A stretch of DNA of 64,000 nt, taken from assembly GCA_964481205.1 (NCBI GenBank), contig CAYZYE010000003.1, positions 857 through 64,856 of the forward strand, written 5' to 3'. Source of the stretch: an uncultured Anaerolineae bacterium. GTDB taxonomy: Bacteria > Chloroflexota > Anaerolineae > JAFGEY01. Position 1 is the stretch's first letter. Each line of letters opens with the position of its first letter. This document shows, in pieces, positions 1-9,491 of the stretch. The notes below the pieces were generated by a model. The model saw only the letters and a list, made by a program, of their open reading frames with translations, searched no databases and was not told where the DNA came from. Made by a program: the position numbers and the translations under genes.

Positions 1-440
1 TTTACGTGGTCGGCTACGACCCGCCGCCGGACATTTTGGAGCGGCACAATGGCCGGGATGTGTTCATCGTCGGTTTTGCCGAATCACTTGCCCCCTGGTA
101 CCGGGCGGCGACGGTGTCCGTCTCGCCGCTGCTGGTTGCAGGCGGGCTGCTGCAAAAAGTGATCGACGCGCTGGCCGTGGGCGTGCCATTGGTCGCCACG
201 TCGGTGTGCAACCACGGCGTGGGCGCCACCCCCGGCGAGCACCTGCTGCTCGCCGACGACGCGCCGTCCTTTGCCGACGCCGTCGTCCGCCTCTTGCAAC
301 ACAAAGCGGAACGCGAGCGCCAGAGCCGGGCCGGAAAAACGTTCGTCGAGGAGCGATACAATCTGGAAAAATCGCTTTTGCACTGGGAAACAACCTGGCT
401 CGAACGCCTGGACGCCCCCAGAGCACCAACAATGAGGTAG
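1..440 (+). CDS. Glycosyltransferase family 1 (GT4-like), C-terminal fragment; the 5' end lies upstream of the window
   Basis: The frame is open from the window edge. The C-terminal Rossmann-like region (VFIVGF...SVSPLLVAGGL...) resembles the GT-B C-domain of GT1/GT4 enzymes. Confidence 0.55.
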   Translation, partial: YVVGYDPPPDILERHNGRDVFIVGFAESLAPWYRAATVSVSPLLVAGGLLQKVIDALAVGVPLVATSVCNHGVGATPGEHLLLADDAPSFADAVVRLLQHKAERERQSRAGKTFVEERYNLEKSLLHWETTWLERLDAPRAPTMR

Positions 441-444
441 AAAC

Positions 445-1041
445 ATGATCGAATCGGGCTTTGACATCTGGACGCTGGTCGCTTACCTGGGGCTGGGACT
501 TTTGATCTGGGGAGGCTTTTGGGTGATCATGCCGGGCGTCTATGGCACACCGGGCACAATGTCGCGGCCGGGGTTGATCCGCGCGGCGCTCAAACTGGCC
601 GAGGTCAAACCCGGCGATAAAGTCTATGATCTGGGCGCCGGCGACGGGCGCGTGGCGGTCATGGCCGCGCGCGAGTTTCAGGCGCACGGCGTCGGCGTCG
701 AGATCGACCCGGCGCACTGCCTGGTGGCGTGGGGGCGAGCGTTGTTGAGCGGCGTGATCGGGCGGGTCTCGATTCGACAAAAAAACCTGTTCGACGCCAA
801 ACTCGATGACGCGGACGTGGTCTTTGTATACCTGACGCCGGCCTTGATCGAACGGTTGCGTCCACAATTGATCCTCAAACTGCGCCCCGGCGCGCGCATT
901 GTCAGCGTCTACTTTCCCATCGAAGGATGGAAGCCGGTCGACGTTGATATTGGCTACCTGGTTTTCGCGTACCGGACACCATCCGAGCCGGGCAGCGTGG
1001 ACGATTTCCTCAAAGAATGGAGCCGCCGCCCGCCCCAGTAG
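445..1041 (+). CDS. Class I SAM-dependent methyltransferase with N-terminal TM helix
   Basis: DLGAGDGRV motif I (GxGxG) with a downstream acidic motif. A hydrophobic N-terminal segment is present. It starts 4 nt after the upstream GT stop. Confidence 0.65.
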   Translation: MIESGFDIWTLVAYLGLGLLIWGGFWVIMPGVYGTPGTMSRPGLIRAALKLAEVKPGDKVYDLGAGDGRVAVMAAREFQAHGVGVEIDPAHCLVAWGRALLSGVIGRVSIRQKNLFDAKLDDADVVFVYLTPALIERLRPQLILKLRPGARIVSVYFPIEGWKPVDVDIGYLVFAYRTPSEPGSVDDFLKEWSRRPPQ

Positions 1042-1079
1042 ACGCGGGTTTCTACCATAATCTTTTGTTCAGCGGCCGG

Positions 1080-1685
1080 CTAGAGCGCGCCCACGCCCAT
1101 CAGCGCGCCCATTAGCACAAACGCCGCCGCCGATACCCACAACAATACGCGCGCCGGAACCAGCCGGCACAGCCCTTGCCCACCGGCCACGCCGATCGCC
1201 GTCACCAACGTCAGCGCCAGCGCGCCGCCGGCAAAGACCGGCCATGGCGATCTGGCTTTGCTGGCCAGGCTAAACACCGCCAACTGGGTTTTGTCGCCGA
1301 GTTCGGACACAAACAACAGGCTCAACGTCCAGGCAAACACCTTCCAATCCCAACCGCCGCCCGCGGCGTTTACGCCGCCGCACGCACGCGCCTGCTCGTC
1401 GTCGCGCGCCGACCTGGACGCTTCGCGCGCGATCAGCAGCCCCATCACGACAAAAGCCAACGCCGCCGCCACGCGCAAGACGAGGGCCGGAATAAAGCGG
1501 CTGACAATCTGTCCACCCACAGCGCCCAGCAGCGTCACCAGCGTCAACGCCAGACTGGCCCCGGCAAAAACCGCCCACGGACGGCGGTACTTGCAGGTCT
1601 GCGTCACCACGGCCAACTGGGTCTTGTCGCCCAATTCGGCGACAAAGACCAGCCCCAATGCCGAAAACAAGGCGCTCCAATCCAT
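1080..1685 (-). CDS. GDT1/TMEM165 (UPF0016) family cation (Ca2+/Mn2+)/H+ antiporter-like membrane protein
   Basis: Two internal repeats each carry the signature E-L-G-D-K-T-Q motif (VAELGDKTQLAV and VSELGDKTQLAV), consistent with a 2x3 TM topology. Confidence 0.8.
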   Translation of the reverse strand: MDWSALFSALGLVFVAELGDKTQLAVVTQTCKYRRPWAVFAGASLALTLVTLLGAVGGQIVSRFIPALVLRVAAALAFVVMGLLIAREASRSARDDEQARACGGVNAAGGGWDWKVFAWTLSLLFVSELGDKTQLAVFSLASKARSPWPVFAGGALALTLVTAIGVAGGQGLCRLVPARVLLWVSAAAFVLMGALMGVGAL

Positions 1686-2885
1686 TCAGCCCTGCCCCCC
1701 ATCGATCGCCGGCGACGCAGCCTGGCTGCGTTTCGCCATCCAGCAGGCGATCAGGCTGGAAATCGGCCCGGCAAGCATCAAACCGATGCCGCCGACCAGG
1801 GTGCGGACAATTTCTTCGACAAACACCTCGCGGTTGAGCGAAAACCCCAACGGCTCCTGGTAGATCATGAGCAGCAAAAAGAGAGGCAGCGACGCGCCGA
1901 CATAGGCCAGCATCAACGAGTTGACCATCGAGGCAAAATGATCCACTCCCACCACCATGCTGCGCCTGAACAACTCGCGCCGGGACAAGTCGGGGTTTGC
2001 CCCGGCCAACTCGAACACGGTTGAGGAAAGGCCAATCGTAATATCGTCGAGCATCCCCAGCGCGCCCAGGATGATCCCGGCCAACGCCAAACCACGTGGA
2101 TCGAGTTCAACCTGCGTCGCCACCACCAAAAAGCCCATCGACTCGTCGCTCAAGCCGCTGAGCGCAGTCCAGGCCACAAAAATCGCCGCCAACAGCCAGG
2201 TCAACACCAGGCTCACACTCAGCCCCAACACGGCCGCATGAGTCTTGTTCTTCCAGCCGTAGACAATGTACAACGACGGGGCCATCAAAATCACCGCGCC
2301 GACAATGCTCACTCCCACCGGGTCTTGCCCGGCCAGAATGCGCGGCAGAATAAAACGCACCAGCACCAGCACGCTAAAGGCCAACCCAATCAGCGATCGC
2401 AGCCCCGTCCAACGCCCGACGCCTATGGCGACCAGGGCAAACGCGATGACCAGAACCCAGAGCGAAAAGTGGCGATCGACGCCGCTGATGTAAAATTGGT
2501 CGCCGGATGGTCCCTCGCTGTGCTGCACCACCACGCGCATTCCGCGCCGGAGCTGGCTGGACTTGGTCGAGAGGTACATGCCCCCATGTTCCACCTCGAT
2601 AACCTGACCGGCCATCTCGCCCGATGTGATTTTCACCTGAATCAGCTGCACGTGCTGCGCGCCAAAGTCCGTTTCAATTTTTTCCTCGGCCAAGATTTGC
2701 ACCACCTGGCCGTTCATAGTTTGCGTCTGATCAAAAGCAAGAACGTCGCCGGTCGATTGCGCCAATGGGGGCAATTCGGGCGGCACAAAAAGAATGCTGC
2801 CCACCACAACGAGTCCCAAAACCCCCAAAACAATCCACAATACACGATCGCGGGTCAAATTCAACCGCGCCAAAAAGGTTTTCAT
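1686..2885 (-). CDS. YibE/F family multi-pass membrane protein
   Basis: The N-terminal signal anchor is followed by a periplasmic domain, then about 8 TM helices typical of YibE/F. The gene abuts the GDT1 gene (stop at 1686, next start at 1685). Confidence 0.55.
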   Translation of the reverse strand: MKTFLARLNLTRDRVLWIVLGVLGLVVVGSILFVPPELPPLAQSTGDVLAFDQTQTMNGQVVQILAEEKIETDFGAQHVQLIQVKITSGEMAGQVIEVEHGGMYLSTKSSQLRRGMRVVVQHSEGPSGDQFYISGVDRHFSLWVLVIAFALVAIGVGRWTGLRSLIGLAFSVLVLVRFILPRILAGQDPVGVSIVGAVILMAPSLYIVYGWKNKTHAAVLGLSVSLVLTWLLAAIFVAWTALSGLSDESMGFLVVATQVELDPRGLALAGIILGALGMLDDITIGLSSTVFELAGANPDLSRRELFRRSMVVGVDHFASMVNSLMLAYVGASLPLFLLLMIYQEPLGFSLNREVFVEEIVRTLVGGIGLMLAGPISSLIACWMAKRSQAASPAIDGGQG

Positions 2886-2953
2886 ACAATGTTTCTCCCA
2901 AACTTGCGTTCAGCGCCAAACACTCGCCACGAGCAGGGCGTCGAGGAAAGCAT

Positions 2954-3907
2954 TTAATCGAGTGCGACCACCTCGCTTTTGATCTCGCCCTGATCGACCG
3001 TCACCTTGATATAGTGGTAAAACGAGTCCGGGTGCTTGTCCTGATACAACGGCGCGCCGGCTCCGCCGGTGATAATGTACACCGTGCCATTCCGCTCCTG
3101 CCGGCTGTAAGCATGGATATGACTGGTAAACACGCAATCGACCTGGTATTTTTCCATCAATGCCATAAATTCGTCCCGGTTGGAATACAAAATGTGACCG
3201 CTTTCGTCGGGATCAAAGGGCGGATAGTGCATGACGACCACCCGGAGCGGGCGATCGGTCGCGGCCAGGTCTTGATCGATCCACGCCAACTCGTCCTGCG
3301 AGAGGTGCCCCGAAGCGCTGTTCGCCAGCGTAAAATGCACCGTATCCACATCAAACGAATAATGCGCCGCCGGCGCGCCGCTGAACGCCAAATAATTGCC
3401 CAACGTTTGCTCTGCATCCAGGTCATGATTGCCCGGAACCGGATAAAAACGCAGCGGAAAATCGGCCATCAATTTTTGAAAAGCCTCGAAATTGCGCTTG
3501 CTGCCATAGTCCACCAGATCGCCGGCGTGGATCAAAAACGCATTGTGATCCTGGACGATTTTATCCAGGATTTGTTGATAGACCCCGGTGTTGCGGCGAC
3601 TGTCGCCGGCCACGGCGAATGACCAGGGCCGCCCCGGTTCGATGTCGAGCGGTTTCGGCATCGGCGCTGCGACCGCCGGCGCCGGGGAGGGCGTTGGCGA
3701 GGGAGCAAATGTCGCAGTTGCAAACGGCGTGACCGTTGCCCCAGGCGTCCAGGTTGGAGGCCAGGTCGGCGTCGGCGGCGTGGGCGGGTGGCTCAAAATG
3801 GGGCCGAGCAAGCTGAGGATCATGCTGAGAACGACGATGGCCGACATGCCATAGGCGACCTTTTGAATGACGCTTTTGCCTTGTTTCCGAGTCATAAGAA
3901 CAAACAC
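2954..3907 (-). CDS. Membrane-anchored calcineurin-like metallophosphoesterase
   Basis: GDxxDxG / GNHD motifs (IHAGDLVDYG ... VPGNHD). An N-terminal TM helix and a PTPPTPTWPPTWTP linker are present. Confidence 0.75.
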   Translation of the reverse strand: MFVLMTRKQGKSVIQKVAYGMSAIVVLSMILSLLGPILSHPPTPPTPTWPPTWTPGATVTPFATATFAPSPTPSPAPAVAAPMPKPLDIEPGRPWSFAVAGDSRRNTGVYQQILDKIVQDHNAFLIHAGDLVDYGSKRNFEAFQKLMADFPLRFYPVPGNHDLDAEQTLGNYLAFSGAPAAHYSFDVDTVHFTLANSASGHLSQDELAWIDQDLAATDRPLRVVVMHYPPFDPDESGHILYSNRDEFMALMEKYQVDCVFTSHIHAYSRQERNGTVYIITGGAGAPLYQDKHPDSFYHYIKVTVDQGEIKSEVVALD

Positions 3908-3972
3908 CTCCCTGAATTGGAATCGTGCGCATTATACCATCGCTCCATATCGACGGCAAACAAAGGCGCGGC

Positions 3973-4818
3973 TCACGGGGCAGGTATTTCTCGAAACAAG
4001 ACCTGGGCCTCGACGCCAAGTGATTTGAAACCAAACCACTCGTACAGACGACGCGAGCGATGATTGTCTTGTTGTGTGTTGAGCGTAATCCCAAAAACGC
4101 GCCGTTCGCGGCAAAAGCGAATCACGTCGGCCAGCAGGCGCACCCCAATTTGCCGCCCTTGCCATTGGGGGTACACAGCCAGCCGCGACAGATGGCCGTG
4201 CCGGCCGATCAGGTTGGCATAGGCATAGCCGACGATTCGACCGTCCACCTGCGCCGCGACAAAATAAGGCAAATCGGCGTATATGCGCGTTAAACTCTCC
4301 TGGGTACATTGCCACACAGGGGCAAAAGCCGCGCGATCGATCGCGACGATGGCGGCAAAATCGGCGGGGGAAACCGGAACCAGGCGAACGCCGGCGTTGC
4401 CGGCCGAGGGCACGCCAAAATCGGTCTTTTGAAGAGTGATGACCCGGTTTTCGAGGTGGAATCCGTGCGCCAACAATCCGTCGATGAGCCAATTTTCCAC
4501 GCCGATAAAAACCAGCGTATCGACCTTTTTTGCCCGCATCGACGCCGCGATGACGGGCAGCAAGCGAGGCAACACATCCGGCAACGCCCATGTATCATCC
4601 AGCCCGAAAACGCGAATTTGAGCCACCGTTGCCGGCTCGATGAACACACCGCAGACACAGAGCAAATCCCGATCGCGCATACACAGAAAAAACGAGTGTT
4701 GGGCAACGACGGCGGGCAATTGTTCCCAGGGAACGCGCAAAACAAGGCGCGTTATTTTCTCTAAAAAATGTTCGATTTGCGCATAATCGGCGGAAACGCC
4801 GGTGCGGACAGAGAACAT
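3973..4818 (-). CDS. GNAT family N-acetyltransferase (tandem GNAT-like halves)
   Basis: The C-terminal acetyl-CoA binding motif is Q/RxxGxG/A-like (WQGRQIGVRLL ... RLYEWFGF). The start was chosen at the ATG at 4816-4818 with a GAGAGG RBS. The longer ORF-track start lacks an RBS. Confidence 0.65.
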   Translation of the reverse strand: MFSVRTGVSADYAQIEHFLEKITRLVLRVPWEQLPAVVAQHSFFLCMRDRDLLCVCGVFIEPATVAQIRVFGLDDTWALPDVLPRLLPVIAASMRAKKVDTLVFIGVENWLIDGLLAHGFHLENRVITLQKTDFGVPSAGNAGVRLVPVSPADFAAIVAIDRAAFAPVWQCTQESLTRIYADLPYFVAAQVDGRIVGYAYANLIGRHGHLSRLAVYPQWQGRQIGVRLLADVIRFCRERRVFGITLNTQQDNHRSRRLYEWFGFKSLGVEAQVLFREIPAP

Positions 4819-4916
4819 CACAACCTCTCGAGATATCGATCGCATCCTGATGAGCCAACGAAACAAAAAAAGGGCCAAGGGCACAAGCCTTTGACCCCCA
4901 AAAACGACGACCAGGT

Positions 4917-6239
4917 TTACTCCTTTTGCATCGTCACCGTAATCTGCCACGGATCGTCACTGTCTTGCGGCACCAGCATCTTGTCGACCACGGGAGTGTA
5001 CCCCTTGGCCACGGCAAAGACATGGTACGTTGTGCCCCGTTTGACGCCGACATTCATCTTGAAATTGCCTTCGGCATCGCTTTGCGCCGTATCGTAAATC
5101 AACGATTTGTCATTGCCACTGTCCAAAAACTCTTTGACCGTGACCCCTTCTTTGAGGACGACAAAAAGTGCGTTAGGAATGCCGCGCTTGGTATCGCTGT
5201 CGCGGACCGTTCCGACGATCAACACCTCGTCGTCGCCGCCGTCGCCGCCCGGATCGCCGCTTGTGATCTCAAAGGAGGCCCACATGTGTTCCAACGTCGA
5301 GACCACGTTCTCCCACTGATCCTGAACGACAACAATGATCACACTGTACCCGCGCGAAGCGGTCACTTGGCTGAACAAAATGCCGACAATATCGACGCCA
5401 TTGTTGTCATATTTGAACAAGATGCTATGCCAGCCATCGTCCTGGCTCTTTGAGTCTTGTTTTTGCGCATTAGACAGATTTTGCGACAGCTTGTCATAGA
5501 TCGCTTCGGCCTCTTGTTCGGCGTTGGCCGCCGGATCGGCATTGATCGTCACCAATACCAAAGCCGTGTCTTGAGGATGGGCAAACTGCACCCCCGAATC
5601 GCCTTCTTTGACCAACCAATCTTGGGGATGGTCGATCGAAAAGCCCAGGCCTTCGTTGGTATAAGACGAAAACTGGCCGGCATCGCCCCCGCCGCCATCG
5701 CCTTTGCCCTTGCCGGGCGGCGGCAAACTGACCGCGCTGATCACGACAAAATCACGCGACTCGATCACGTGACCGTCCAGGTTCACCTCGACCGAATAGT
5801 CGCCGGGCGTCCACCGGCCTTGCGGCTCCAACGACAGGCCGACAAACGTATCGCCGACAATGCTGTCTCGCTCGGTCAAACCGACAAAAGTGTCGGCCTG
5901 GTACCATCGCGCCGCGACAACGTTTTCGGCTTTCATATTGACAACCTGGATCGAGAGGACAAAGGGGTCGATCTCGCTAAAGGTATTGGTCTCGGCAAAG
6001 GGCCGTTGATCGTCGGTCAGGCCGCGACACAAGCTAACACCGACTATTTCCGGTTTTGCTTCTGGCGCCGGCGTGGCCGTAGGCGGCACTGGCGTGGCCG
6101 TAGGCGGCAGCGGCGTGGCCGTAGGCGGCACCGGCGTGACCTCTGGCTCTTTTCCACCGACCTTGATACAGGCCAACAACATTATTGCCAACAGGGCAAT
6201 GGTTCCTGCTAATATCCATTTTCTCGTTCGATTGGACAT
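4917..6239 (-). CDS. Lipoprotein with Pro/Thr repeat linker and C-terminal carboxypeptidase-regulatory-like beta-sandwich
   Basis: Lipobox LLAC. (PPTATP)x3 repeats. The C-terminus (GTVRDSDTKRGIPNALFVV...DAEGNF) resembles a CarboxypepD_reg fold. Confidence 0.5.
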   Translation of the reverse strand: MSNRTRKWILAGTIALLAIMLLACIKVGGKEPEVTPVPPTATPLPPTATPVPPTATPAPEAKPEIVGVSLCRGLTDDQRPFAETNTFSEIDPFVLSIQVVNMKAENVVAARWYQADTFVGLTERDSIVGDTFVGLSLEPQGRWTPGDYSVEVNLDGHVIESRDFVVISAVSLPPPGKGKGDGGGGDAGQFSSYTNEGLGFSIDHPQDWLVKEGDSGVQFAHPQDTALVLVTINADPAANAEQEAEAIYDKLSQNLSNAQKQDSKSQDDGWHSILFKYDNNGVDIVGILFSQVTASRGYSVIIVVVQDQWENVVSTLEHMWASFEITSGDPGGDGGDDEVLIVGTVRDSDTKRGIPNALFVVLKEGVTVKEFLDSGNDKSLIYDTAQSDAEGNFKMNVGVKRGTTYHVFAVAKGYTPVVDKMLVPQDSDDPWQITVTMQKE

Positions 6240-6254
6240 GGCTCCAAGCTCCTT

Positions 6255-7379
6255 TCAGTCTTCCGGCATGGGCATAATGCCCTTGGTACGCCAGTGACGG
6301 ACATCGATCAACATGGTTTGGTATTGGAATTTGACCCAGTTTGCCTGCCCGGCTTCGAGCGCGTCTTCAAAAGTCAGCCCCTGGCCGAGGACGGTGGTTT
6401 CGACAAAGATGTACTGGTGCGAACCGTCGCTGGTTTCGCAGGCCACAAATGCATGCCCCGGCACGAGCACAATCAAAGGGTTCATATCCATCGCCTCGAT
6501 CGCTGCGGCGTACAGCGTAGCCGTTTCGATACAGTTGCCCGCCTGTTGGGCGATCGTCTCGGCCGGCAAGCGAACGCGCTGGACAAAGGTCTTTTCGGTG
6601 CTGGCCAGCGATACCGGCGTGTTGACGTAGCGGATGCGGTAATCGTCATTGAGCACGCGATAAATCGCCGCCAGCTGGGGCAAAACGCCTCGTTCACCAG
6701 CCTGATAACCGTAAATGGCTTCGCCGGGCATGTACTGCGTGGCGTCGCGCAGCAGCTTTTCCACCGCCGGCGAGGCCGGCGTCACCCAGGCGGCGACGTA
6801 TTCTCGAAAATCGCCGACCAGCTCGCCATTCTCATCGACGATCACCACGACGAGATCGCGTTTGGACATCATATCGACGGTAATCGACTGCTCATCAAGC
6901 AATTTCTCATCGCCATTTTCCAAAAAAGTCAGCTTGTAGTGAAAAGACGCCGACTGCCCCTCGTTGAGTTGGTTGCGCGCCCCGGTTTTCATGATCGGCG
7001 TCTGTTCGACCTCGACCGACTGGCCGGCAGCCAAATCCAGGGTGTCGATGGCCTGCTCGGTAAACCCTTCGATCTCGGACACGAGTTTGACCTTGACCAC
7101 CTGCTCACCCTGATTGGTCAGGGTAAAAATGGCAAAGTTTTGTTGCTTGGCCGTCTTGCCCAACAAGTGATAGATCGCGGTCGGCACCTTGTTATAATAC
7201 TTGACGCTGACATTGACCGTTGGCGGCGGCGGAGCGCTTTCCAGCGTCGGTGTGGGCGGCGCGGGGGTCGGCAGCGGGTTCTCTGAAACGTCCGGCTCAA
7301 TGTTGACGCATGCCAGCATCAACGTCGCCAACACCGCCACCGCCCAGGACAGCCTGTTCAAACGTCCTGTCTTGCGCAT
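6255..7379 (-). CDS. Lipoprotein with C-terminal Cys/His (transglutaminase/papain-like?) motif
   Basis: Lipobox LMLAC. A Pro-rich linker. C-terminal GNCIET...PGHAFVACE spacing is reminiscent of a Cys-His catalytic core. This is a weak call. Confidence 0.45.
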   Translation of the reverse strand: MRKTGRLNRLSWAVAVLATLMLACVNIEPDVSENPLPTPAPPTPTLESAPPPPTVNVSVKYYNKVPTAIYHLLGKTAKQQNFAIFTLTNQGEQVVKVKLVSEIEGFTEQAIDTLDLAAGQSVEVEQTPIMKTGARNQLNEGQSASFHYKLTFLENGDEKLLDEQSITVDMMSKRDLVVVIVDENGELVGDFREYVAAWVTPASPAVEKLLRDATQYMPGEAIYGYQAGERGVLPQLAAIYRVLNDDYRIRYVNTPVSLASTEKTFVQRVRLPAETIAQQAGNCIETATLYAAAIEAMDMNPLIVLVPGHAFVACETSDGSHQYIFVETTVLGQGLTFEDALEAGQANWVKFQYQTMLIDVRHWRTKGIMPMPED

Positions 7380-7392
7380 GATCCGCCCCTTT

Positions 7393-8019
7393 CTATCCCG
7401 GCGTCACCAGGGCCAAAAAACGCTCAAAATCGTCGATGGCCTGATCGTACACGCTTTCATCGGCCAACAAAGTGATCACATAGGTTGCCGCGCCATGTTG
7501 AAAGACATAATCGACGCCGTGCAGCACAACGGGTACCTGAGAGTTGAGCAAATCGGGATTGACATATACATAGGCAAAGTGATTGCGGTAGGTCTCCCGG
7601 CCGCGCCACTGGATCGTCTCCCCCTTGATAAACTTGAACAATTCTTGTTCCTGAATCCGCGCCTGATTCAACGCGCGCGCCATATCCTCGTTGGAATCTG
7701 AATTGGCAAATTTTTGCACCGAGATGGTCGTGCGAAAACGCGCGCCCGCGCCGGGGTCGGTGATGGTCAGAATCGTGGGCGCAGAGACCTGTTCTCGAAT
7801 CCAGTTGTGGCCATAGCTGGCCTGAAACCCATCTATGTTGATGTGAACAGCGCGCGCTTGCGCGCCGGCCTTGACGCCCCAGGCGACGATCAGCGCAACG
7901 GCAACGATGACGATGACCAAGAGTTCTGCATAACGGTCGCGCGGTGTAGCCCCGGCTTTTCCTTCGACTATGGTTTCAGCATTTGCCTTAACCGCCATTA
8001 GACTGCTCCTTTCTGGCAC
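7393..8019 (-). CDS. Hypothetical membrane-anchored protein
   Basis: One TM helix (LLVIVIVAVALIVAWGV) followed by a soluble domain. No recognisable motif. Confidence 0.4.
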   Translation of the reverse strand: MPERSSLMAVKANAETIVEGKAGATPRDRYAELLVIVIVAVALIVAWGVKAGAQARAVHINIDGFQASYGHNWIREQVSAPTILTITDPGAGARFRTTISVQKFANSDSNEDMARALNQARIQEQELFKFIKGETIQWRGRETYRNHFAYVYVNPDLLNSQVPVVLHGVDYVFQHGAATYVITLLADESVYDQAIDDFERFLALVTPG

Positions 8020-8024
8020 AAATA

Positions 8025-8990
8025 TCAGGCGCTCGCGCTCTGTGTTTGTTCAGCGTCGATGCCTGATAGCGTGATCTCGTTGGCCCGCCGCATCAAGTAC
8101 CACAGCACGGCAAAAGTGGCAATGGCCACCACCGCCGCCAGCAGCAAACCAAGCCAGGGATTGACGTCGAGTCCCACCTGCGTCACCTCGCCTCGCGCCC
8201 AGGTGAACAAGCCATTGAGGACCGCCGCGCTGACAACGCCCAGCGACTGCCACCACACCGGCTCGACCTCGAATTTGGCCCGCCCCAAAAAATAGCCCGT
8301 GATGCCCGAAAAACTCGCCTGCGCCAGGGTGGTCACGGCGATGCGAATGATGCCCATATAGAGATCAACCCCACCGTTGGCGATGACATAGTTGATGTTG
8401 AGCATCGCTGCAAACCCCAACCCGGCGGCCGTGCCATACACCACACCGTCGATGCGCTCGTCGAATTCGGGCGTCATATAGACGCTATAACGCACCGCCG
8501 CGTACTTGAGGAATTCTTGCACCATACCGATCACCAGGATGCTGCCAACGATATGGGTGAGGGTATTGGTGGACAGCCATTCGCCAACCTGAAAAAGTTG
8601 GTTGATCACCGGAATGGCGATGGCATTGCACAGCAACATACCCAGGATAAAAACACCGATGACATACTGCTTGGGTTCCGGTTCCAGGCGGTCTTGACGG
8701 TAAAAGAACACCATCCAGATCACCGCCGGAATGAGAGCCAACACGATGCCGCTCCAAATCAAAGCCGCGCCGTCCAGTTTTGGTTTGGTCAACCAGACGA
8801 GCAAGGCGACCAGGACCACAAAGATCAACACTGCCCCGATCTCAACCACGCCCGATGCCCAAAGTCCCTTGTGTTCTTTGGTCACGTTGGCATAGTGATC
8901 GGGGCAGTACAGTCGGCCACCCAGCGTTTTGGCCTCATCGCCCAACGGCTTGTGACACACGCAGCAAATCCGTCCTCCTGTCGACATCAT
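8025..8990 (-). CDS. PrsW-family intramembrane metalloprotease with N-terminal zinc-ribbon
   Basis: The N-terminus is CCVCHKP...CPDHY (zinc ribbon). Multi-TM core carries an EExxK-like QEFLK, FxxxE and HxxxxxxG motifs. The ATGATG start follows an AAGGAGG RBS. Confidence 0.6.
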   Translation of the reverse strand: MMSTGGRICCVCHKPLGDEAKTLGGRLYCPDHYANVTKEHKGLWASGVVEIGAVLIFVVLVALLVWLTKPKLDGAALIWSGIVLALIPAVIWMVFFYRQDRLEPEPKQYVIGVFILGMLLCNAIAIPVINQLFQVGEWLSTNTLTHIVGSILVIGMVQEFLKYAAVRYSVYMTPEFDERIDGVVYGTAAGLGFAAMLNINYVIANGGVDLYMGIIRIAVTTLAQASFSGITGYFLGRAKFEVEPVWWQSLGVVSAAVLNGLFTWARGEVTQVGLDVNPWLGLLLAAVVAIATFAVLWYLMRRANEITLSGIDAEQTQSASA

Positions 8991-9056
8991 CAGTCCTCCT
9001 TTGCTTTGCGGGGAATTGGGGTAGATGCAAACGAACAGATCCATTGTAACAAGGTT

Positions 9057-9464
9057 TCACGGTCTTGTCAATGACTTGTCACGCTCCAACGCCATCACCA
9101 TGGCAATGGCGTTTTCGCGGCTGTGCGAGAGGCTGATCGCCCACCGGTCCAGACCCAGCTCTTGGGCCAGCTGGCAAGCTCTGCCGTAGAGAATCACCTC
9201 TGGCTGGCCGCGCAAGTTATTGCGCACCTCGATCTCGGTCCAGCTCAAGCCGCCGCCCCAGCCGACGCCCACGCCCAGCGCTTTGCCAACCGCTTCTTTG
9301 GCCGCAAAGCGCGCGGCCAAAGAGGCCATCTTGCCCCGGCAATACGCGATCTCGTCCGCCGTGTACACGCGGCGCAAAAAACGCTCACCCCAGCGCTCGA
9401 CCGCGCGCGCCAGGCGCGGAATCTCGATTATATCGACGCCAACGGCCAGTGGGACGGGTTGCAC
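9057..9464 (-). CDS. acpS: Holo-[acyl-carrier-protein] synthase
   Basis: GVDIIEIPR motif and length about 135 aa, typical of AcpS 4'-phosphopantetheinyl transferase. Confidence 0.85.
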   Translation of the reverse strand: MQPVPLAVGVDIIEIPRLARAVERWGERFLRRVYTADEIAYCRGKMASLAARFAAKEAVGKALGVGVGWGGGLSWTEIEVRNNLRGQPEVILYGRACQLAQELGLDRWAISLSHSRENAIAMVMALERDKSLTRP

Positions 9465-9491
9465 GACTTGCTCCTGGTATCAGACAATGTT

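Noticed and set aside
64-867. 267-aa minus-strand ORF, extremely Arg/Pro-rich
   Set aside because: It is antisense to the convincing GT and methyltransferase genes. Its composition is a high-GC reading-frame artefact.
1176-2024. 282-aa and 201-aa plus-strand ORFs with Gln/Arg/His-rich low complexity
   Set aside because: They are antisense to the GDT1 and YibE/F genes. No motif is present. It is a typical shadow ORF in GC-rich DNA.
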